A stretch of DNA of 64,000 bases from Octopus vulgaris (taxonomy: Eukaryota). Below the pieces are notes generated by a model. That model worked only from the letters and a program-made list of their open reading frames with translations. It did not search any database and was not told where the DNA came from. Positions within the stretch are counted from its first letter, which is position 1. Each line of letters begins with the position of its first letter. The position numbers and the translations under genes were made by a program. The stretch spans positions 40,486,001-40,550,000 of the forward strand of contig OX597833.1 of assembly GCA_951406725.2 (NCBI GenBank), given 5' to 3'. Positions 27,687 through 38,642 of this stretch are shown here, piece by piece.

Positions 27687-30600
27687 TACGACGGGCTTCT
27701 TTCAGTTTCCGTCTACCTAATCCATTCACAAGGCTTTGGTCGGCCCAAGGCTATAGTAGAAGACACTTGCCCAAGGTGCCATGCAGTGGGTCTGAACCCG
27801 GAACCATATGGTTGGTAAGCAAGCTACTTACCACACAGCTACATCTGTTGCCACTTTTGTGTGACTGTTCTATGCAGAACAAATGTTACTGCATTTTAAC
27901 CCCAGGAAAATATCTTTTCCTGCTGGTTAACGACTCACTGTTACTATGTGAATCTCTTTCAGAGATTTTAAAACCAGCTACTTTACCTTTTTGTAAAATC
28001 AGTGACTGATTGTTGCTTCTCTGTTTATATATTATGAGTAAGGACGAATAGCTGCTATCTTTAGCCGGCAAATGTCCAGTACTGAAACAAGTAAAAGAAA
28101 AAAATGTATATATGTATCACTGTATCCAACAGACTGTAGGATGTTGTTTTACATTGTTGTTCACAATGCGCTTCCTGACACCCTTGTAGCTTGTGCATGA
28201 TGTCACCCAACTGGCTAGGCAGGCAGTGGGTTGGCATCATTCCCTCTGAATAGAACACCGGTCTTTTGCAAGGTTACTTACTTACAGCCAAGTGGACTGG
28301 AGCAATGTGTGATGAAGTGTTTTGCTGAAGAACACAATGCACCATCACTCTGGAAATTGAAACCATGATCTTGTAATTGTGAGCGCAATGTCCTAACCAC
28401 TAGGCTATGTGTCTTCACACACACACATACACATAAATGCACATAATGCTTAAATGATTCATTTCTCATGAACATATCATCAACTTCATCATCAAGATGG
28501 CATGCCGCAGACTGCTAACCTTAACCCTTTAGTGTTCTGATTATTCTATCAAACACAATGCTTATTGATTCACATTGATTCGAATTAATCATGCATTATC
28601 CCATATCTTCAAGATCTTGATGGTGTAATTACCTAATGTAGAATAACATTGTAGGGTAGGTGTGAGAGCCTGGATCTTGTCAGTTTGAACATAAACAGAT
28701 TAGATATTTTGGCCGGATATGGCCGGTTTAAATACTAAAGGGTTAAAGATTCTTGTTTGTTTCCTTATTTAATGTGTCCCTGGTCGATTATTCATGCTAA
28801 CTTTGTCAATCTTCTTTCTTTCTTTGAAGGGGTGCCGGACCAGGATGTAATTCAAGAGAAATATCAGATCGCCTTGTTAATTTGAAAAAAGAGATTGAAA
28901 GTCTAGAAGAAAGAGAAAAACAATTGGACAAACACAAAAGTTGGGTCCAACAGAGTATTAAAAATGTCATAGAGGAAGTTTCTAATAGTCAGTATCCTTT
29001 ACAAGCTGATGGAGATTTCTTGTATTTTTTTCTCAGATCATCATCATCATCATTTAACGTCCGTTCTCCATGCTAGCATGGGTTGGACGGTTTGACCGGG
29101 AATCTGGGAAGCCAGAAGGCTGCACCAGGCTCCAGTCTGATCTGGCAGTGTTTCTACAGCTGGATGCCCTTCCTAACGCCAACCACTCCGTGAGTGTAGT
29201 GGGTGCTTTTTACGTGCCACCAGCACAGGTGCCAGGTGAGGCTGGCAACGGCCACGATCGGTTGGTGCTTTTTACGTGCCACCGGCACGGAAGCCAGACA
29301 AGGCGGGGCTGGCATCGGCCACGTTTATTTTTCTTTAATTTCTTCTCTATCTTGAATTTCCTTTTTATACAAATAATAGTCATCGAAAAGGTTGTGAAGT
29401 CATGAGTTCAACTTCTGGCGATGCATTGGGTCCTTGAGCAAGACACTTTATTTCATGTTGCTCCTGTCCACTCACCTGGAAAATATGAGTAGTACCTGTA
29501 TTTCCAAGGGCCAGCTTTGTCACATTCTGTGCTATACTGAATTTCCCTGAAAAACTACATTGGGGGTACTTTCATCTGTGAGTGCTATTTCTTTATTCAT
29601 TATTCTTTCATCTGTGAGTGCTCAGCCACATGAGCAGGTTGTTCTGTTGATTGGATTAACTGAAACTCTTGCTGTTGTCCATGCAAGAGTTATTTCCCTT
29701 GGTTGTTTTCCTTCACACTTTTTTCTCTAGGTTGGCATATGTTAGCTATGAAGATATTTGTAAAGTGTTCCCTGATTGCACATTGTTATCCATACAAGCA
29801 CCTTCAGGGACAAAATTGAGAATTCCAGATCAAAAAGGTGTAAGTAAAAATTCTTGCTTTCATTATACGTATCTATATTTTTTAAAACTTCCATCTTTCT
29901 CCTCATTCTAACTTGGTAGGTATTTAACACCTTGTGGGCATTTAGGAGTCATAGGTCTCATATGTTATCTACTTTAATACAACTTCTTGGTGTTTTAGGT
30001 TCCTTTTACTTGTGACACACCTAGTATGCTTCTAAATTTAATATTGGGTTGTCTGGAAAGTTTGTACCTATTTATAGTAGCTTACCTTTCGACTTATTTT
30101 AGAACATGGTTGAGTCCTTAAAATAGGATTTCACTACACCTCTATTTAGAGCACAGTTTAAGCTATCCTTTCGTGGAAGAGGGTTTATGTTCCTATAACC
30201 TGTGTTAATTCTGTAACCCTTTAAAATGGAAGATAAGAAAGTTCATTCGCAGCACTTGATGCTTTGGGAACCAGACAAAAATTGCTGCAGCTCGGCTGGG
30301 ATGTTACCCCACCCTCCATATTCATCAGATATTTCTCCTTTGGATTTCCACTTATTAAGGTCTCTGCAGAATAGTCTTAATGGTAAAAATTTCAATTCCT
30401 TAGATGACGTAGAAAGATACCTTGAATTCTTTGCCATGAAACCTCCTTAATTCTGGGAAGAGGATATTTTCAAGTTTAAGGAAAGATGGAGATGCATTGT
30501 GCAACAAAATAGTTCATAGTTGGTTGATTAAAAATGTGATGGCAAGTATTTATTGACCTTTTTCTTTCCTTTAAAAATCGGCATGAACTTTCCGGACAAC

Positions 30601-33600
30601 CCAATACAATCACCTGATCTGAATTATTCAGAATTACTACTATTCTTAATGGCTTGGAGGATCAGTTAAGTTACATATTCCACTTTAGGCATAGTTTTTT
30701 TTTTCAGGCTGGATGCCCTTTTTCGCATCAGCTACTTTACAGAGTGTACTGAGTGCATTTTGTCATGGGACCAGCAGTAGCGAGGTTACTATGTCCTCAA
30801 ACTGAAGAGTCCTCTTCATGCTACGTTGTCTCTTCTCACTTGCCAGCTACTTTACAGAGGGATCTGGGAACATTTTATTTGGCAACTGCACAAGTGAGGT
30901 TGCCTCGTCGCCTGCATGATGAAAAAATTCTCACTTGTCTGTGTTGTCTCTGTTCATTCATGGTAACGGTAGACTGGGGGAATTGTTATCTTGGTTGGTT
31001 GCAGGTGGCGGTTGGTAACAGTAATGGCATTTGGCCATAAATTTTTTTTTATTTCAGTGAAGTCTTCTATGATTCGTGTGAGCCTGGAAAAGTACATGTG
31101 AAAATGAGGATAATGGTGATGATGATGATATATGTATATCATCATCATTGTTTTTTACTTTTTTTTTCTTTGCTAGCATGGGTTACACGACACTTCTCAG
31201 GTGTTGTTCTGTAATGAAATACTTTTCCTGAAACCTTTATTCATTTTCAAATTGCACGTTGAGCCACTAAGTTATTGGACTTAGGTTTATGTGAAAGATA
31301 TCACCACTGCCCAAATGATGTTAATGTGAACACACAAGGAGATACTTCCCAGTCCCACTCACATACAAGCACAGACATGTGTGTATGTGTGTGTTTTCAT
31401 ATGTAATAAATGGCAGAATGTAAATGATGATAATAATGGTGATATATATTACATCCTCTCAAATCTGTTCTCATTCTTAGTATCTTCTCGTATCTTTCAC
31501 CCTCTTCCATTTATCACCCACTATCTATAATTAGCCCTATGTATCTCTGACTTCCATCTCTGTCACTGTATATCTCACTCTCTTCCTCTCCTACTCTCCT
31601 TCCTTGCAAGTCTTCTCCTTATTTTCTGACCTGTGCACATGCTTATTATACTGCAGTCCCTCCACCCTTCTTATATTGCTACTCATCACCTCCTCTTTCT
31701 TGAGCCACTCTCATATCTTTCACCTCCCCCACCCTCATACTGATATTTACCATTGACCATACATCAACTCTTGTTCATCATTCACTACATTCAGCTCTAC
31801 CCCCACCTCCATCATTAACTGTCTGTCATTCTCCTCTCATACTCCTATGAGCTTCTCTCCCACCCTTCCTGATCCCCTGCCTATGCTGTCCCTTATACTC
31901 ACCTTGTTGTGCCTTGAAACTACTCTTTAACACCTCCTCACCATATGTTTGTCTCCCTCTTAGCTATTCTCACCCACTCCTATATATAGCAAGACACTTG
32001 TGTCTGTCTGTCTGTCTGTCTGTCTCTATCTTACTTTATAGCCTCTCATCACCTGGCATAAAGCCACCACCCTCTTAACGACCACCTGTCGCTGTTGAGA
32101 GGGCTCTTATTCTGTTTTGTAAGTTACCTGGCTACTTCACTAATGTCAATGTCGTGAATAAAGCAGCCAGTACACTCTGTAAAGTGGTTGGCATTATGAA
32201 GAGAATCTAGTTGTAGAAACCATGCCAAAGCAGATGACATTGGAGCTTAATGTAGCTCTCTAGCTCCTTGGATCCTGTCAAACTATCCAACTCATACCAG
32301 CATGAAAGATGGATGGTAAATGATGAGGATGGTGATAATGATGAACATATATATGTGTGTGTGTGTGTGTTATAATCCTTAAAATGTTTGATTGTTATAA
32401 CCCTGACTTTGGTATACAGTATACTTAGTAAACCAGTAAAGGCATGACTATCTCTGACCGCCTACTACATACACTGGTACTTCATATTTTTTTATTGCCC
32501 ACAAGGGGCTAAGCATAGAGGGGACAAACAAGGACAGACAAAGGGATTAAGCCGATTACATCGACCCCAGTGCGTAACTGGTACTTAATTTATCGACCCC
32601 AAAACGATGAAAGGCAAAGTCGACCTCTGTGGAATTTGAACTCAGAATGTAACGGCAAACGAAATGCCGCGAAGCATTTCACCTGGCGTGTTAATGTTTC
32701 TGCCAGCTCACTTTAAATTACTAGTATAGTATGCGGTCTGCCACGTTGTCAAACAGGGTTATCTACCTTATCTTTCAGATAGTTCAGAGATCATTTTTTT
32801 CAGAATCATAGTTTTAGCATCTAACCATGATCACTCAGTGGCCTGAGTGTGTGCTCTGGTCACTGGATCCACATAATGTTGTTGATGGTTCACTGTCAGA
32901 TGGTGATAACTTTTGGCATTTGAATAATTATAAGCTGGCCATTCATCTGAATGAATTAGTGAACCTTTTTCATATTCTCTTTCAATAATTTGGATCAGAC
33001 TGTTCCTGTCACACCGTTCCACACAAAAGTATTGACAATCTGAGCCTTGTTTGGGACCAAAAACCCACGGCCCATCAATTCTACATCCATGGTTCCTGTT
33101 GTTTCATTGTTCTGCATCACTGTCTTTGAAGAGAGGAATTGTTGTTACCGTTCAGCATTCTTCCTTGATAGTATTTTCGTCGAGCAGCAAATCTTGCTTC
33201 GTTGATCTGAATGAGGTTATTGTTTGTTCCAACCATCTTCCCTCATCGTTCATGATATTATACTATGGCTGCAAGGCGGCGAGCTGGCAGAAATGTTAGC
33301 GCGCCGGGCGAAATGCTTAGCAGTATTTCGTCTGCCGTTACGTTCTGAGTTCAAATTCCGCCGAAGTCGACTTTGCCTCTCATCCTTTTGGGGTCGATAA
33401 ATAAAGTACCAGTTTCGCACTGGGGTCGATGTAATCGGCTTAATCCCTTTGTCTGTCCTTGTTTGTCCCCTCTATGATTAGCCCCTTGTAGGCAATAAAG
33501 AAATAGATATTATACTATGGCTCCACACACCTTGCAACACATATTGTACCACTCAGTTATTGTAGTTTTAGATTTTCCTGTTAGAGTCACTGCTGTAGTC

Positions 33601-36600
33601 ATGGGTATATCCATTACAAAGAAAAATATTGGTTCTAAAATCTCACTCAGGCTCAGCTAGCAGTCTAATTTGTTGCTAATGTCCGTATAGTGGAAAAATT
33701 GGTTTCCTTTATTAACTGAACGTTTAAGGTAGATAACCCTGGCTATACTGTTTGATGTGGTAGACCGCATACTATACTAGCACCTACTTCTCTTTACTTA
33801 TGGTGACTAGGTTATTCCATTTGTCGTGTGGGAGGGGTGTACCATTATTACTAATTCCCTACAACATCTCCCCTCTTACCTACCAAAAAAATGTTAACAA
33901 TGGGTACACAAGCAAAGTAGTATGATCTCAGGCATGCTGACAGAAAAGGTAGGTTTCATATGTACAAGATGTAGTACGGGAGTGGTTAGCAATTAGAATA
34001 CGCACAAAATAAATTTTTGTCAAATACTTGAAAGGCTCTCAAGAAGTGATTGATAACTTCTGTTGTCTAGGTGACCTAATTAGCAGTGGAGATGGGTATT
34101 CCAAAAGCTTGGTAACTAAGAGAAGAACGGTAGAGAAAGTTCAAGGAACTGTTATGACAGATTGCAAGGAAAGGATTCATTCTCCAAGTGAAGATCAGAT
34201 TGTAGAATTGGTGTTTACTAAGTGCATTACTTCTGAGTTGTGAAATATGAGCAATGAATGAAACAATGGCTGAAGAATTCTTAGTTGAATGAATCGACCT
34301 CAGTACTTTTTTTTCTTTTAAGCCTGATGTTTATTCCATTAGTCTCTTTTGCTGAACCACTACAGGTAGAGGTGTAGCTAGGGAAAATGGCGCACAGGGC
34401 AAGCATCAAAATTGTGATACCCTCCGCCAAACCAAAAAGCAGCACATGCATTTTGTGAGGTCAAGTAAGAACACCTATTCAGTCTAGTGGCATGGATGGC
34501 AATAAGCAAAACAAACCATGCATGAAAAGGTTAAAAAATTTTTTTTAATGGCTTAATTAGAAAATGATCTTGGACAAAATTGCGCCTACCCCCTCAAAGT
34601 GGCACCCAGGGCATGTGCCCTGCTTGTCCCATCCTAGCTACACCCCTGGTTATGGGGATATAAACACACTAACACCAGTTGTCGAGTGGTCGTGGTAGGA
34701 ATGGTGGTGTTGGTGGTGGTGGTATGTATGTATTAATGTTTGTATGTATATATGTATGTGCGAGCAAAATGCCCCCCCCGTCCAATGGCCGGTGCTGAGT
34801 TGTCAAACATTTAAACCAAATTTTCTCAAAACAACTTATCCGACTGTCCCATAGGTCTCCCCTTTGAGAAACACTGATTTAACCTAAATTTGAGACACCA
34901 GCAAAAGAAGAAATAAAGATAGACTTTTTTTCTATTCCAAAGAAAAACGATTTTATTCACACAAATATGCAACCGAAGAGTTTAAAGTACCAGTAATGAT
35001 AAGGCTGTTGACTGTTAGAACACAAATGTACAGGTTGATGGAAGAAAAGCAGGACAAAAACGGCTTTATCGATCGCATTCTCACCTGGAATCGATTTTTG
35101 TAAATTTTTCAAGACTTATACATGCCCTGATACTGTCGGTATCTACCTATCAAATTTGAGCGCAATCGGATGGCGGATGCCCGAGATCCAAGAAGACACG
35201 CGCACAGACAGACAGAACAGATTTTATATAAGAGATTTGTATGTTTGTATGAATGTATATATCTGTATGTATGTATGCATGTTCATATGTTTGTATGTAT
35301 GTATATATACTTGTGTGCATCCTTGCATGTATGTATTTATGTCTTTGTTCAAAGCTGACCATTCACTTCATTGCTACTCTGAGTTTCTTGCTTCTGTGTG
35401 TTCATTCATGCAACAAAGCGATATCAAAAATAAATAAATGAAAAATAAAAACAAAAAAATGCTTCAATTCTTCCCGTTTTTTTTTTTTTTTTTTTTTTTT
35501 TTTCATAGAAATACCAAATCTATTTGAAGAGTAATTCTGGTCCTATTGATGTGATGTTGGTGAACAAAGACAATGAGGCTTCAGCGCCTGAAGTTGATCA
35601 GTTGCCTCCTTTCCAAGATGATACGAAAAAGATAGAAATTCTACAGAACACAGTGAAACAAATCCAGAATCCTTCGGTTCTGGATACGAAATGTGTTCTG
35701 AAGACACCGCAGAAACTGAAAAAAGTAAATAAATCTTTATCTTGTTTTATTTATAAATATGTTTTCAATTGAATTTTTTATTTGTTATTTAGTTTTTCTT
35801 TTAAATCTATCTTTTACCTGTCTTGCTCATTAGACTGTGGCCATGCTGGGGCACCATTTTGAAGAATTTCAGTCAAATGAATCTACTCCAGTACTTTTGT
35901 TCTTTAAGCCTGGTACTTATTCTATCTGTCTTTTGCTGAACTGCTAAGTTACAGGGATGTAAACATACCAACACTGGTTGTCAAGCGATGATAGGGGTCA
36001 AACACAGACACAAAGATACACACACACACACACACACATGCAAACACATACACACACACGCAAACACACACACACACACACATACATACATACACAATGG
36101 ACTTCTTTCAGTTTCCTTCTACCAGATCCACCCACAAGGCTTTGCTTGGCCCAAGGCTGTAGTAGAAGACAATTGCACAAGGTGCCATGCAGTGGGACTG
36201 AACCTGGACACATGTGGTTGGGAAGGAAGCTTCTTACCACACATCCACGCCTGCATCCATGAAGTGGGTGATCTGTGATTGCTGTCAGCATTGTCATTAT
36301 AATCATAAAGTGTTGGAAAAATTATCACATGATATTTCGTTTGGCTCTTTGCATTTTGAGGTCAACTTTACCATTCATCTCTCCTGGCTAGATGAAATGA
36401 AGTAATGGTCTAATACTGGGGGTTGATGGTGTTGACCGACACACCTCAAAATTGCTAGTCTTGTAGCTATATTAAAAAGAATTATAATTATTTTTATTAT
36501 CATTATTAAGGCGGCGAGCTGGCAGAATTGTTAGCACGCTAGGTGAAATGCTTAATAGCATTGCATCCGTCTTCATGTTTTGAGCTAAAATTTCACCAAG

Positions 36601-38277
36601 GTTGACTTTGCTTTTCATCCTTTCAGGGTCAATAAATTCAGTACCAGTGAAACCCAGGTGTCAATGTCAACAACTAGTCCCTTCTCCCAAAATTTCAGGC
36701 CTTGTGCCTTTAGCAGAAAGGATTATTATTATTATTAAGTTTGTGAGCTGGCAGAATTGTTGACACGCCAGGCAAAGTGGCATTTCGTCTGTCTTTACAT
36801 TCTGAGTTCAAATTCCACTGAGGTCAACTTTGCCTTTCATTATTTCGGGGTCGATAAATTACCCCAAAATTTTGGCCTTTGTGCCTTTAGTAGAAAGAAT
36901 TATTATCATTATTATCAATAATGATAATAATAATAAGAGAACCTGGTAGAATTGTTAGCACACTGGAAAAATACTTAGCAGCATTTTCTTCCATCTTTAC
37001 ATTCTGAGTTCAAATTCCTCGAAGGTCATCTTTGCCTTTCATCCTTTTGGATGAATTAAAATCTGATAATGAAGCAAGTTATTCTTACTACAGCCATGCT
37101 GGGGCACCTACTGACTTAAAGGGCTTAGCCAAACAGATCCTCCCCATGACTTTATTTTTTAAAGTCTGGTACTTATTCTGTCGGTCTCTTTTGCTGAACT
37201 TCTAAGTTATGGAGATGTAAACACACCAATACCAGTGGTCAAGCAGTGGTGGGAAACAAACACAGACACATAGATATATACATATACTAGCAGTATAGCC
37301 CAGCGTTGCTCAGGATTGTTTTCTTTTCAACCCTTTAGAATTGAAATTTTTGAAAAGTAAAAATTTTGCATTATGTAGCTTGTTATTCTCTTTAAGTGAA
37401 CATTTTTTTGGCTGAAATACACTGAAAAATGACGACACAGCAGTCAAAAAATCGTAAAAAATAGGGATTTTCATAGAAAAAAAGCACCTTTTTGATGTAA
37501 ATAATTTTTGGTGTTAATATGGTCCGATTTGAATTTTTTCTTCTATGGAAGGAAGAGCAAGCCTTCTTCTATCATTCTCTCAATTTTGGTCAACTTGCGC
37601 CACAGAGTCTCGGAGGAGATAGTGTTAGTAGAAGGCTACCAAACTTGCCATACACAGACAAATTCAGCTTTATATATACATATATATACTATGGACTTCT
37701 TTCAGTTTCTATCTACTAAATCCACTCACAGGGCTTTGGTTCACCCCACAAAACCTTAAATATACTCTGGTTGAAAACCACTGATTTTAATGCTTTTTAT
37801 TCAAATCCTTTTTGTATATTTTGACCCCTCCCTCTTCATTGGTTTTTCTAGCTCAGTCCACTTTGGTTTCTATTTATTTGTTTCATCTTTCAGAAATCTC
37901 CCGTGAAATCACCTCTATCTCCTGCCAATCGAATGGCCACAAGATCATCTCCTCGGAAAGCTGCTCAAAGTCATAATCCAGTACAGATATCACCCCTTGT
38001 TTCAGGTAAGAGAGGCATTTTTTTTGATGATTTTTTTTTTTTGCATCATCAAAGCATCATCAAATTTTCTTTTACTTGTTTCAGTCATATGACTGTAACC
38101 TTTCTTAGGCACCACCTTGAAGGGTTTTTAGTTAAATAAATCAACCCTAAACCTTATTTTTTGGAGCCTAGTATTTATTTTATCGGTTTCTTTTGCCAAA
38201 CTACTAAGTCACAGGGACGTAAACATACCAATACCAGCTGTCAAGTGGTGGGTGACAAACATACACACACATGTAAA

Positions 38278-38314
<37 letters not shown>

Positions 38315-38610
38315 TGTATATATATATATCTATCTTGTGAATGTTGTGGATTTACTGTGTTTCTTGCATCTAAAAGAATTGCGATGAGTGGCATATTGCT
38401 GTTTAAAATTTATGGTTGACCCTATACGTATAGCTGTAGAATTGTGTAATGTGTTGAAAACGGTGCATTTATAAATTACATTAGATCTTCTAGAATGGGT
38501 TTCTAGAGGGCAGATGGACCCAGGACAGCAGTTACAAGTGGGTGTATTTTTCGGATTATTTTCAGGAATGGAGGAGATAATATTGTCAGAGGAGAGGTTA
38601 GAGATGGGGG

Positions 38611-38642
<32 letters not shown>

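Noticed and set aside
28992-29076. Read-through of E2F exon 3 (YPLQADGDF...) as in the ORF track
   Set aside because: Homology stops at the GTATCCTTT minor-intron donor and the frame runs into a SINE.
32831-33022. Bacterial IS1595 as horizontal transfer or contamination
   Set aside because: The motifs equally fit eukaryotic Merlin; it is decayed, intronic and interrupted by a host SINE.
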